From Patescibacteria group bacterium (GTDB taxonomy: Bacteria > Patescibacteriota > Patescibacteriia > UBA10025 > JAHIVO01): a stretch of 64,000 bases of DNA. How positions within the stretch are numbered: position 1 is the first letter of the stretch; every line of letters starts with the position of its first letter. A model generated the notes under the pieces. It did no database searches. It was not told the DNA's origin and was given only the letters and a program-made list of their open reading frames with translations. A program made the translations under genes and the position numbers. Below are positions 19,742-29,207 of this stretch, piece by piece. The stretch lies in NCBI GenBank assembly GCA_049325535.1, contig JBMOKY010000001.1, positions 685,942-749,941 of the forward strand. The letters run 5' to 3'.

Positions 19742-20103
19742 GCCACAGTTTTTTTAGTATACTGTGGCCCCTGGGGCAGTCGGGCAATCGACGGGAACAA
19801 ATATTGGTGCAGCGACGTGTCGCTGATTCACACGACCATCGGTCGTCGATCGTGGGTGCGCCGGAGCGCTCCCAGTAATGATGACAGTTGATGGTGCTGG
19901 AACACCGTAATGCGGGGGGGGTCCCTGAGGACCGCCGGACGGTGCCAATGAATATCGGCGCTTGTTGTGTGTCCACCGGAGTGGACGTCGGGTACATCGA
20001 GAGATGCGCAGACGCCGAAACGTCGAATTGGGATTGCTCCCAGTACCATTACTGTTTCCAGTAGCGGTAGTGACTATGGTAACACAACAAAAAAACAGGT
20101 CAA
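19731..20103 (-). ncRNA. Candidate structured non-coding RNA (string of tetraloop hairpins) with its own promoter and terminator
   Basis: TTGACC-16-(TG-n)TACCAT at 20103-20076; consecutive hairpins with GAAA, GCAA, UUCG and UCCG loops; terminator GGCCACAGT/ACTGTGGCC plus T tract; no SD-led, recognisable ORF. Confidence 0.5.
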
Positions 20104-20176
20104 TCACCTGACCTGTGGATAACTTATGGTATATAAAAAATTGATTACCCTTATTCCGGTGCCATTAAAAAAAGCT

Positions 20177-20335
20177 CTATCGAGCCAGAGTAATAGCTGC
20201 GTACACACCGGCAGCCACTGCACCAAGCACGATCACGGTCAGCAACACCTTCACCCCTATGCCTAATCCTACCTCTGTCTGGGTCCTTAATTCGGGACGT
20301 TGCTGTTCGGGAAATTTTTGATCATCAGTATTCAT
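20177..20335 (-). CDS. Small membrane protein
   Basis: MNTDDQKFPE...VLLTVIVLGAVAAGVYAAITLAR; TATACT just upstream. Confidence 0.6.
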   Translation of the reverse strand: MNTDDQKFPEQQRPELRTQTEVGLGIGVKVLLTVIVLGAVAAGVYAAITLAR

Positions 20336-20399
20336 ACGTATGTTAGTATAGCATAGGCTTGCGGTCGAAACCATTTATCCGTACAATACAACCCACAGT

Positions 20400-21773
20400 A
20401 TGAAATACTATCCCTACATCATCGGATGCCAGATGAATTATGCTGATGGCGAACGGCTGGCCAATCTGCTCGAATCGCACGGCTGTACGCGAACGGCACA
20501 GGAATCCGAAGCCGACATCATTGTGGTCATTTCCTGTTCCGTGCGCCAGAAGGCCATGGACCGTATTTTCGGCAAGATGCGTACCTGGCGGCGCTGGCAA
20601 ACGGAACGGAGCGTCAAAACGGTCCTCACCGGCTGCGTACTCCCTGCCGACCGGGAACAGGTCGCCGGTGCGTTCGACGTCTTCATCGAAATCAAGGATA
20701 TGATGCAGCTGCCCGCCCGACTGGGACTGACACCACTGGATGCCCAGGCCGGCGACATCACCAATGCCGATTATCTGGCCCTGCAACCGAATTACCAGTC
20801 AACATTTCAGGCGTGGATACCGATCATGACCGGATGCAATAACTACTGTACTTTCTGCGCCGTGCCATACACCCGTGGCCAGGAATCATCCCGGCCATCA
20901 TCGGAAATTATCAGCGAGGTCACCCACCTGATTGCTCGCGGCTACAAAGAAATCACGCTGCTCGGGCAAAACGTCAACGCGTACATCGATCCGGAGAAAT
21001 ACCATGATACGGAAACTATCTACTCCCGTTCACGTTTTTTTTGGGAATTCAAACCCGACCAACCGATCCAATGGCGCATGGCAACGACTCACGTACCAAA
21101 GGATTTTGCTGAACTTCTCACAAAAATAAACGCCATACCCGGCAACTTCTGGATCCGTTTTCTCACCTCAAACCCCCAGGACGTATCTGACGATTTGATC
21201 AGCACATTACCTACACTAAAAAAAGTCACTCCCTATTTCCATTTGCCCATGCAAGCAGGCGATGATGAGATACTCCGCCGGATGAACCGCCGCCATACCA
21301 AGGAGTATTACCTTGAACTCATTAGCAAAATCCGCGCTGCCTGGCCGGGTGTGGCGATTTCCACCGATATTATCGTAGGCTTTCCCGGCGAATCTGCCGA
21401 ACAATTCAACCATACCGCTGATGTGATGCGCCAAGTCAAATATGACATGGCGTACATCGCCGAATATTCTCCGCGGCCCGGCACCAGCGCCCAGCGTTTT
21501 TTCAGAGATGACGTAACGAAAAAAGAAAAAATGCGACGTAAAAACGTACTCAATGACATATTGACCGAGACGGCTCGAACGCTGAATCAGCAGTACATCG
21601 GCTCGACCGTACCAGTGCTGGTGGACCGATATGATGAAAAACGAAGCCTCAATTCAGGCAAAACAGCCACCAACAAAACGATTCAATTTCCCGGAACAAA
21701 TCATGTCGGGAAATTTGTCGACGTGACCATCCAGTCCGCTGACGCCTGGGGTATGGCCGGAGTTATGAAATAA
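20400..21773 (+). CDS. miaB: tRNA-2-methylthio-N6-isopentenyladenosine synthase
   Basis: GCQMN, CSVRQKA, radical-SAM GCNNYCTFC, TDIIVGFPGE and C-terminal TRAM domain; near miaA. Confidence 0.93.
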   Translation: MKYYPYIIGCQMNYADGERLANLLESHGCTRTAQESEADIIVVISCSVRQKAMDRIFGKMRTWRRWQTERSVKTVLTGCVLPADREQVAGAFDVFIEIKDMMQLPARLGLTPLDAQAGDITNADYLALQPNYQSTFQAWIPIMTGCNNYCTFCAVPYTRGQESSRPSSEIISEVTHLIARGYKEITLLGQNVNAYIDPEKYHDTETIYSRSRFFWEFKPDQPIQWRMATTHVPKDFAELLTKINAIPGNFWIRFLTSNPQDVSDDLISTLPTLKKVTPYFHLPMQAGDDEILRRMNRRHTKEYYLELISKIRAAWPGVAISTDIIVGFPGESAEQFNHTADVMRQVKYDMAYIAEYSPRPGTSAQRFFRDDVTKKEKMRRKNVLNDILTETARTLNQQYIGSTVPVLVDRYDEKRSLNSGKTATNKTIQFPGTNHVGKFVDVTIQSADAWGMAGVMK

Positions 21774-21814
21774 AAAAATCGCCAGGCACCAGTGGAAGTA
21801 GATGCATGGCGATG

Positions 21815-22324
21815 CTACAGGGCATTTCCCGCCAGAGCGGTCAGAACATACGTCAGTACGTAGGCACGCAGGGTGGTGCCAAAAAATACGCACCCATATG
21901 ACAGTGGCGTGGGCCGGAAAACGCACAGGGCAATGGCGAATTTGACCACAAACGGTAAAAAACCGAGGATGACCAACGAGAGATAGTACCATACTTTAAA
22001 AATCAGGTACCAATCTGCATCATAGGTAATCTGGCTGGCACGATGCAGCCAGCGGTCAAATTTTCGTCCAACCCGATTGCGTTCAAAAAAATCTCGATCG
22101 ATTTCCCAGTACGCACGCAGCGATTTGGACAACCCGTAGACATAGATGACAAAGTACAAACTCAGGGCGATAAAAATTAATCCCTGATGGTGAAACGCAT
22201 AGGCCAACCACGGGATGACAATCTCCAGGGGTATGATTCCCAATGTGGCAAATACCGCCACGCAGATCTTGGCGATGCCAGTGACCTGCCCCTGGGAAAA
22301 ACGCCCGTTCAGCGACAGGTTCAT
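21815..22324 (-). CDS. Hypothetical membrane protein
   Basis: Several hydrophobic segments; GGAGG RBS and TTGACA-17-TACACT upstream. Confidence 0.7.
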   Translation of the reverse strand: MNLSLNGRFSQGQVTGIAKICVAVFATLGIIPLEIVIPWLAYAFHHQGLIFIALSLYFVIYVYGLSKSLRAYWEIDRDFFERNRVGRKFDRWLHRASQITYDADWYLIFKVWYYLSLVILGFLPFVVKFAIALCVFRPTPLSYGCVFFGTTLRAYVLTYVLTALAGNAL

Positions 22325-22468
22325 AGCACCTCCAATACGATTGCAAAGAGCGTAAATATCAGCTCAGTGTAGTGGAAAAGGCACTCACTGTCAATCCACC
22401 CGACCATACCTAGCAAAGCCGGTGCAGAACCGCTATACTTACTGCATTGATTTTTCGAGGGTGATATT

Positions 22469-23353
22469 ATGCCCAAACCGATTCTAATCGCCATCGTCGG
22501 CCCGACCGCCAGCGGCAAAACCGGCCTGGCTATCAGGCTGGCAAAAAAATTCAATGGGGAAATAATCTCCGCCGACTCGCGCCAGGTTTACCGCGGCATG
22601 GATATCGGCAGCGGCAAGGCGACCCGCATAGAACAGCGCCAGGCTCCTCACCATCTGCTGGATGTAGCCTCACCAAAACGCGAATACAATGTGTCCCATT
22701 TCCAGCGCGATGCCCGACGGGTCATCCGCGCCATACACCGCCGCGGCCATCTCCCCTTGCTCGTCGGCGGGACCGGTTTTTGGATACAGGCGGTTACCGA
22801 CGACCTCGACCTGCCCCAGGTGAAACCAAATCCGCGCCTGCGCGCACAGCTGATGAAAAAAAGTGCCTCAGAACTCTTTGTTATGCTTCATCAGCTTGAT
22901 CCGGGTCGCACCCGTACCATCGACCGGCACAATCCCTACCGTCTCATCCGTGCCATCGAAATCGTCAAAGCCACCCACCGGCCGATTCCCGCGCTTTCCC
23001 GCCGGTCGCCCTATCGGGTGCTCACTCTCGGTATCGCGCTTACTCCGACGCGGTTGCATCGCCAGATCAGCACACGACTGCGAACGCGGTTCCGCGCAGG
23101 CATGGTCGCCGAAGTGGCACGGCTGCACGCCCAGGGCGTCAGCTGGAAACGATTGGAGGCATTTGGACTGGAGTATCGGTTTGTCAGCCGCTATCTTCGC
23201 AAAAAAATCACGCGAGCTGAACTCTTTGATGAATTGGAAAAAGCCATCAAACACTATGCCAAACGACAGCTCACCTGGTTCCGTAAAAACCGGCATATCC
23301 ACTGGATCAGGACCGAAACTCAAGCGCAGCGTCTGATCCGCGATTTTATTTGA
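22469..23353 (+). CDS. miaA: tRNA dimethylallyltransferase
   Basis: GPTASGKT, SADSRQVY, VGGTG and YAKRQLTWF. Confidence 0.97.
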   Translation: MPKPILIAIVGPTASGKTGLAIRLAKKFNGEIISADSRQVYRGMDIGSGKATRIEQRQAPHHLLDVASPKREYNVSHFQRDARRVIRAIHRRGHLPLLVGGTGFWIQAVTDDLDLPQVKPNPRLRAQLMKKSASELFVMLHQLDPGRTRTIDRHNPYRLIRAIEIVKATHRPIPALSRRSPYRVLTLGIALTPTRLHRQISTRLRTRFRAGMVAEVARLHAQGVSWKRLEAFGLEYRFVSRYLRKKITRAELFDELEKAIKHYAKRQLTWFRKNRHIHWIRTETQAQRLIRDFI

Positions 23354-23405
23354 CTCCACCGTTCACTGCCGTATACTATAGCTATCATCATTGACTCGTG
23401 TATCT

Positions 23406-23738
23406 ATGCCCACTATCATCAGCGGAAAAAACTTCAAACTATCAAACCCCCTGAAAGACTACGTCTCCGCAAAACTCCACAAGCTGGAAAAATATTCCGA
23501 ACATATTATCGCCTCAAAAGCTGAGCTGGACCACGACGTGAACCAGCGCACCGGCACCGTCTATCGGGCTGAACTGTCTGTCACTGTCCCCGGTGCTATC
23601 CTGATGGCCGGCCAGAAAGCCGAGCATATGCGCGAAGCTATCGACCGGTGCGTGCAAAAACTGCAGATGCAAATTACGAAATACGAAAAGAAAAAAATCG
23701 AACGGCCGCGTCGTGCTGGAGCGCGCAATAAAAAATAG
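23406..23738 (+). CDS. hpf: Ribosome hibernation promoting factor (HPF/RaiA family)
   Basis: ISGKNFKLS..LKDYV..KL.KLEKY...AID...KL..Q..KY. Confidence 0.88.
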   Translation: MPTIISGKNFKLSNPLKDYVSAKLHKLEKYSEHIIASKAELDHDVNQRTGTVYRAELSVTVPGAILMAGQKAEHMREAIDRCVQKLQMQITKYEKKKIERPRRAGARNKK

Positions 23739-23789
23739 CGCGGTCCGTACGGGTACGAAACCGCGCTGAGCAAGTCGAGTCACCGATGG

Positions 23790-23960
23790 CTATTCGTCTT
23801 CGATGACTACTTCACGTTGATCAGGGTGATCAATCGGTGCTCCATCCGGCTTTCCCGCGGCCAAGCGCGTTCGGCGCGCAGCCGGGCAGTCGCACTGCTT
23901 ACCGACCGGGATAGACCGGCCACAATGGTAGCACTCATAGGTACGATCAGTGTCCGACAT
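23790..23960 (-). CDS. Small Cys-rich hypothetical protein
   Basis: GGAGG RBS, then MSDTDRTYECYHCGRSIPVGKQCDCP... Confidence 0.55.
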   Translation of the reverse strand: MSDTDRTYECYHCGRSIPVGKQCDCPAARRTRLAAGKPDGAPIDHPDQREVVIEDE

Positions 23961-24022
23961 GAAAACCTCCATGTGTCAGTGAGTCGGGATGGTACATACC
24001 GTAGCAGAGTCTCCCCCGCCGG

Positions 24023-24904
24023 TCAAGCGGCTTTTCTGGATCGAGCCCAGGCAGCCGCGAGACGCGTCGAAATCCACGGCCGCGTGATATGAGCGCTGCC
24101 GATACTGACTGCTGCCGCGCCAGTCTCCAAAAACCGCTGTACATCAGCGGCAGTCATGACCCCACCCCCGCCGATAATCGGCAACGACGTCTGCTCGTGA
24201 AACCAGCGTACCTGTTCCAGTGCCTGCTCCTGAATCAGCGCTCCCGACACCCCGCCGCCGAACCGGAGCGGTGATCGCCTATTTGGAAAACGCCTGGTAA
24301 ACGGGATGGTATTGATCATATCCACCGCGTCGATACCGGCTTCATTCAGTGCCTCAGCCACCGCTCGCCGCTGCGACAGCTCGAGGTAACTGATTTTGAC
24401 GATCAGCGGATGGTTGCTTTCCTGGCGTATGGCTCGTAATATCAGGCGCAGGTATTCCGGATCCGCCTGCATGTTCTTCCATTCCGGCGTATTTGGGCAG
24501 GAAATATTCACCTCGATACCGGCTATCCGCAGGGGCGCCAGCGACGCGGCCATCATGGGCAGCGATACCGGATCTGGATCACTGATGGAGACGATGCACC
24601 GGCCGCCGTTCAAATACGGATACTGCTGAGCAATAAACCATTCGAGACCAGGATTTGTCAATCCGAGCGCATTGACCCAGCCACCCTCGAGTGGCCACAG
24701 TACCTGCCAGGGATTCCACCCCCGCCAGTTCCCTACCCGCGGTTGGCTGGTTAGGGTCTTGGTGATATACGCTCCCAGCTGTTCGGGCCGCACCAAACCA
24801 GCCCACACCAGTGGCCGATCCCACCAGTACGCCTGGCCAAACCCGAGCGCACCCGATGACGCGATAATCGGATTTGGCAGCGTCAAACGTCCCATGGTAA
24901 TCAT
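24023..24904 (-). CDS. pyrD: Dihydroorotate dehydrogenase, family 1
   Basis: NPIIASSG, TKT, NALGLTNPG, NISCPN active-site loop, INT, GGVSG and PIIGGGG. Confidence 0.85.
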   Translation of the reverse strand: MITMGRLTLPNPIIASSGALGFGQAYWWDRPLVWAGLVRPEQLGAYITKTLTSQPRVGNWRGWNPWQVLWPLEGGWVNALGLTNPGLEWFIAQQYPYLNGGRCIVSISDPDPVSLPMMAASLAPLRIAGIEVNISCPNTPEWKNMQADPEYLRLILRAIRQESNHPLIVKISYLELSQRRAVAEALNEAGIDAVDMINTIPFTRRFPNRRSPLRFGGGVSGALIQEQALEQVRWFHEQTSLPIIGGGGVMTAADVQRFLETGAAAVSIGSAHITRPWISTRLAAAWARSRKAA

Positions 24905-24951
24905 GTGATACCTCCTCTTGGTTTCTTTTTTTTAAATGGACGCTATGTGTT

Positions 24952-25123
24952 TTATAAAAAAATCCCCACCGATTGGTGGGGATGAAATACCCGCATACAA
25001 AAAACTCCGGGGTCTCCCGGAGGTGTTTCAGATCCGAATCGTATTTGGCTCAGACTGTGGATAAGTGGTATCAGCGGCATATATCCACGAATGAGTATAC
25101 ACCCACGACCCTATCATCGTCAA
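24952..25123 (-). promoter_or_regulatory. pyrD promoter and leader with two intrinsic terminators and a 42-aa leader ORF (putative attenuator)
   Basis: TTGACG-18-TATACT (25123-25094); hairpins CTCCGGG/CCCGGAG+T6 and ATCCCCACC/GGTGGGGAT+T tract; ORF 25080-24952. Confidence 0.5.
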
Positions 25124-25126
25124 AAA

Positions 25127-26686
25127 CTAGTGTAATTGATTGCGTAATTCTTCGGCGGCAGCACCAGCGTCTGCCTGGCCCTTGGTAGCGCGCATCACCT
25201 GCCCGATGAGAAACTGCAGCACCGGTTCTTTGCCGGCTTGATACTCGGCCACGACCGAAGGATGTGAGCGGATCACCTCAGCCACCACCGCCGAGAGGTC
25301 TAACTCAGCCGCGGCAGTATCCAGCTGCTCCGATTCCATGATATCCGACGGGTCGCCGCCGGTGGCAAACATACGCTCCAGCACCTGCTGACCGGTCTGA
25401 TTGTTTAGGCGTTTCTGAAATATGAGTTTCATCAGCTCGGCGAAATTTTCTGGCGTAATCGGTATTGCGACGGCGTCAGTGCCGGTATCGATATGCATCA
25501 GGCGCAATAGGCGGCTGAGAATCCAATTAGCCGTTTTTTTGGTCAGTACCCGGCCATCGCGTTTCCAGATTTCTTCCTCGGTTCCTTCCAGCCCAGCGTC
25601 AGCCACTAGCCAGGCGCGCAATTCAGACACGACTGCCTCGAAATAATTCGCCAGGTGCTGGTCACTGACCAAAACCGATATGTCATAGTTACCCAGTGCA
25701 AATTGCGTGCGAAATCGCTCTCGCTTCGCCGCCGGTAATTCACTGACTGCCAGCCGGGCACGATCGATATCCTCGGTACTGAGCACGACCGGCGGCAGAT
25801 CAGGCTCCGGGAAATACCGGTAGTCATGCTGCTCTTCCTTCACCCGCTGGAGAAATGTCTCCCCTTTCTTTTCATCCCAGCCGCGGGTAGATTGGGCCAT
25901 GGGCGGCTGGTCAGCATCCCAGAGTTTGGTCTGACGCTCAATTTCATACTGTAGCGCCCGCTCCACGGAACGGAACGAATTGAGATTTTTTATCTCAGTC
26001 TTCGGATATAGCGCCTGCGGATCCAGACCGATGCTCCCGAGAATCGCCCGACGCTCATCAGTGAAATTCGCTGGATTGGGTCGGAGAGAGATATTGGCGT
26101 CGCAGCGCAAATGCCCCTTTTCCATGTCCGCGTCTGACACCCCGAGATACCGCATGATCAATCTGAGCTCCTGCAAAAACGCTTTTGCCCCTTCCGGCGT
26201 CTGGATGTCGGGACGAGTGACGATTTCCACCAAGGGAGTACCCGCCCGATTATAGTCCACATAGCTGGCGCCCTGGTTTGCTTCGTGCATCAATTTCCCA
26301 GTGTCCTCCTCCAGATGCACCCGTTCGATACGAATTCGGCGCCGTGTTTCCCCAAATTGGATTACCAAATGCCCGTCGTGGCCAAAAGGTTTATCCGACT
26401 GGGATATCTGGTAGCCTTTGGGCAGGTCAGGATAAAAATAGCTCTTCCGGTCAAAATGTGAGGTGGTATTGATCTCGCACTCCAGGGCCAGCGCTGTCAT
26501 CAGGGTATAGTGAATGGCTTCGGCATTGATGGTCGGCAGCGTGCCGGGATGCCCGAGGGTCAAGGGATCGACCACGGTATTCGGGGGATCGGCGTCTGCC
26601 GGAACTGGACACGACGAAAACATCTTGCTTTTCGTTTTCAGCTGTACGTGGATTTCTAGCCCAATAATCGGCTCGTACTTATTCAT
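25127..26686 (-). CDS. gatB: Asp/Glu-tRNA amidotransferase subunit B
   Basis: IGLEIHVQL, RKSYFYPDLPKGYQISQ, HLEED, LRCDANIS and YRYFPEPDLP. Confidence 0.98.
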   Translation of the reverse strand: MNKYEPIIGLEIHVQLKTKSKMFSSCPVPADADPPNTVVDPLTLGHPGTLPTINAEAIHYTLMTALALECEINTTSHFDRKSYFYPDLPKGYQISQSDKPFGHDGHLVIQFGETRRRIRIERVHLEEDTGKLMHEANQGASYVDYNRAGTPLVEIVTRPDIQTPEGAKAFLQELRLIMRYLGVSDADMEKGHLRCDANISLRPNPANFTDERRAILGSIGLDPQALYPKTEIKNLNSFRSVERALQYEIERQTKLWDADQPPMAQSTRGWDEKKGETFLQRVKEEQHDYRYFPEPDLPPVVLSTEDIDRARLAVSELPAAKRERFRTQFALGNYDISVLVSDQHLANYFEAVVSELRAWLVADAGLEGTEEEIWKRDGRVLTKKTANWILSRLLRLMHIDTGTDAVAIPITPENFAELMKLIFQKRLNNQTGQQVLERMFATGGDPSDIMESEQLDTAAAELDLSAVVAEVIRSHPSVVAEYQAGKEPVLQFLIGQVMRATKGQADAGAAAEELRNQLH

Positions 26687-26760
26687 AGTAGTACTATTGT
26701 ACCAGAATTAGCCCAATCTGAAAAAGCGGGATACAATCACCCTCCACGCTGCACACCGGA

Positions 26761-26934
26761 CTATTTCTTGTCAGCAGAATCTGACTGTTTGGTGCCTATG
26801 ACGAGGTCTTTGTCAGCGTCGAGAACCCCATCCATTTGCAGCTCGGTGGGCCGTTCGGCTGCATTTGTATATGTGCCCGATACAGCGCCGCTCCGATAAA
26901 TCCCCAGTTTCCGTAACATATCCATGAATCCCAT
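26761..26934 (-). CDS. Small hypothetical protein (57 aa, absent from the ORF track)
   Basis: MGFMDMLRKLGIYRSGAVSGTYTNAAERPTELQMDGVLDADKDLVIGTKQSDSADKK; fills the tmk-gatB gap, with TATACT just upstream. Confidence 0.65.
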   Translation of the reverse strand: MGFMDMLRKLGIYRSGAVSGTYTNAAERPTELQMDGVLDADKDLVIGTKQSDSADKK

Positions 26935-26954
26935 ATGTGTGTATTAGTTATATA

Positions 26955-27719
26955 CTACTCTTCCCTAATTGCCGAGAATCGTGAGTGCCGCTTCGTTTCC
27001 TGAAATTCCTGCCATGCGGCACGCATGCGTTGCACACTCTGCCGCACCGTACCGCCCGTATCGATCACCACGACCTGTGCCCCCCGCCGCTGGTACAGCT
27101 GACGGAACCAGGGTGCGAGAAACCGCCGCTGTGCTTTTTGTAGAAACGCCTTGCGTTCAAACATCGACTTATCTTTTTTTTGCCGCCGCGCGAGCCGGCG
27201 GATCACCTCATCTACATCAGTCCTGAGGACGCAGAGCAAATCCGGCCGGTGCTGGAGAGCCAGTGCATTGCCGTCCAGTTCTGTGACAAACGATAGCGGC
27301 GTACTCGCGGACAGAAGCGGCTGATAGGCAAATGACGTGGACGCCGACCGCTCCTGAAAGACATACATCCCCCGCGCCAATGCCGGCAGCACCACCCGCT
27401 GCTGCAGGATATACCGATCCAGGGCAAATGCCTCGGCGATTGCCCGTGCCGAATACGGCCGCTCATTTGACTCGGTCAATTCCTGTCGGATCGCCCGACC
27501 GATCAATGAATGTGTCGGTTCGGCAGTGATCAGGACATCATATCCGCGCCAGTCGGCTCTGTCCGGCAATCTGCCGTGTTTCTTCTCATACTCAACCACG
27601 CTAAATACCTTCAGTCGCTGCTGCCGCGCCCATCCGGCCAATGCCCGAACCAGGGTACCCTTGCCCGAGCCATCAATACCATCGATCACTACAAATGTCC
27701 CTCGCGTACGTTTCGCCAT
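26955..27719 (-). CDS. tmk: Thymidylate kinase
   Basis: IDGIDGSGKGT, AEPT, FALDR, ER..STSFAYQ and RPDL. Confidence 0.9.
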   Translation of the reverse strand: MAKRTRGTFVVIDGIDGSGKGTLVRALAGWARQQRLKVFSVVEYEKKHGRLPDRADWRGYDVLITAEPTHSLIGRAIRQELTESNERPYSARAIAEAFALDRYILQQRVVLPALARGMYVFQERSASTSFAYQPLLSASTPLSFVTELDGNALALQHRPDLLCVLRTDVDEVIRRLARRQKKDKSMFERKAFLQKAQRRFLAPWFRQLYQRRGAQVVVIDTGGTVRQSVQRMRAAWQEFQETKRHSRFSAIREE

Positions 27720-27720
27720 A

Positions 27721-28209
27721 TTATCTGGTCAATTCATAAAAAGTATAAGTAAAGCCATTGCCCTGGCTTTTTCGCTCACTTAATACTGTTTTAAATTCCG
27801 CATAGTCAGGGAAAAATGCGTGTCCTTCGATTTCCACGTCAACCACGGTGATATACAGTTTTTCAATGATAGGCATGGCCTGGCGGAATATTTCCCCGCC
27901 ACCGATGACAAATATCTCGCCATTTTCCTCTTTCTCTTGTGCCAATGCCACGGCCTCATCCAATGACTGTACGACGAAACATCCCTCTGCTGTGTAGTCC
28001 GGATTGCGGGTGATAATGATGCTCACGCGATTTGGTAACGGCCGGCCGATGGATTCATACGTCTTCCGACCCATGATCATCACATGCCCCTTGGTCAGAT
28101 TACGGAAATGCTGCAGATCCTCGGGTATATCCCAGGGCAGAGTGCCATCCCGGCCGATGACGTGGTTTTTTGATATGGCGACAATGCCGCTAATTGTTGG
28201 TTTGGTCAT
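27721..28209 (-). CDS. folA: Dihydrofolate reductase
   Basis: VIGRDGTLPW, IMGRKTYESIGRPLPNR and FVIGGGEI. Confidence 0.96.
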   Translation of the reverse strand: MTKPTISGIVAISKNHVIGRDGTLPWDIPEDLQHFRNLTKGHVMIMGRKTYESIGRPLPNRVSIIITRNPDYTAEGCFVVQSLDEAVALAQEKEENGEIFVIGGGEIFRQAMPIIEKLYITVVDVEIEGHAFFPDYAEFKTVLSERKSQGNGFTYTFYELTR

Positions 28210-28235
28210 AATGGATTTCTGAATGCTCGCTATGC

Positions 28236-28362
28236 TTGTCATTCTGAGCCCATTCGACTTCGCTCAGGGCAGGCTCCACTCGAGTAGTGTCGAAGAATCT
28301 ACATGACATACGGCAACCGGCATAGAGATTCTTCAGTCGCTGACGCTCCTTCAGAATGACAA
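28236..28362. repeat. Palindromic REP-like element (empty copy A)
   Basis: Perfect 12-bp terminal IR TTGTCATTCTGA/TCAGAATGACAA; inner IR GAAGAATCT (28292-28300)/AGATTCTTC (28326-28334); lies between thyA and folA. Confidence 0.8.
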
Positions 28363-28394
28363 AGGGTGGCCGGTATTCATGCTTCCAGTAACTG

Positions 28395-29207
28395 CTAAAT
28401 CGCAATCGGCGCTTTTATCCCCGGATGCGGATCATACCCCTCCAGGGTGAAGTCCTCAAATGCAAAACTAAAAATATCTTTTTTTGCAGGATTGATATTC
28501 ATCGTAGGCAACGCCCTCGGTTCTCGCGACAGTTGCAGCTTCACTTGTTCAAGATGATTATTATAAATATGCAGGTCCCCAAACGTATGAACAAAGTGCC
28601 CCAACTGCAAACCCGTCACCTGCGCCATCATCATCGTGAGTAATGAGTACGAAGCGATGTTAAATGGCACGCCCAAAAATGCATCGGCACTGCGCTGGTA
28701 CAATTGGCATGATAATTTCCCATTGATCACATAAAACTGAAATATAGTATGACACGGCGGCGGTGCAGTCTTCTTACCGCCAATCAAGGTCTGCAAATCC
28801 CCCACGTTCCATCCCGAGACAATAATCCGCCGTGAGTCAGGATTCTTCTGTATCATATCCACTGCATTCTGAATTTGGTTAATCGTCGATCCATCCGGTG
28901 CGGTCCAGGCAGTCCACTGCTTGCCATAGATCGGTCCGAGATCTCCATGCTCATCAGCCCATTCATCCCAGATAGTCACTCCGTGGTCATTTAACCATTT
29001 TACATTGGTATCCCCCTTCAGAAACCACAGCAGTTCATAAATGATGGATTTCAAGTGTACTTTTTTGGTCGTCACCAGCGGGAAACCCTTAGCCAAATCA
29101 TACCGCGTCTGGTAGCCAAACACCGACCGCGTACCAGTGCCGGTCCGGTCTGCTTTGTCAGTGCCGTTGTCTAAAACGTATTGGAGGAGATCCAAATATT
29201 GCCGCAT
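28395..29207 (-). CDS. thyA: Thymidylate synthase
   Basis: [33 protein letters not shown] and GDLHIY. Confidence 0.98.
   Translation of the reverse strand: MRQYLDLLQYVLDNGTDKADRTGTGTRSVFGYQTRYDLAKGFPLVTTKKVHLKSIIYELLWFLKGDTNVKWLNDHGVTIWDEWADEHGDLGPIYGKQWTAWTAPDGSTINQIQNAVDMIQKNPDSRRIIVSGWNVGDLQTLIGGKKTAPPPCHTIFQFYVINGKLSCQLYQRSADAFLGVPFNIASYSLLTMMMAQVTGLQLGHFVHTFGDLHIYNNHLEQVKLQLSREPRALPTMNINPAKKDIFSFAFEDFTLEGYDPHPGIKAPIAI

Noticed and set aside
19725-20107. Phase-variable protein joined at the G8 tract (19914-19921)
   Set aside because: There is no SD and no recognisable protein in any frame, and the tetraloop hairpins explain the sequence better. It is not fully excluded.
20980-21100. Intein or intron in miaB (extra ~30 aa after GQNVNAY)
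   Set aside because: Too short, in frame, and without intein C/S...HN termini; most likely a loop expansion.
20114-25064. DnaA boxes (TGTGGATAA at 20114-20122 and 25056-25064) as a replication origin
   Set aside because: These are isolated single boxes 5 kb apart, with no cluster or dnaA. The second forms part of a leader hairpin (GTGGATA/TATCCAC).
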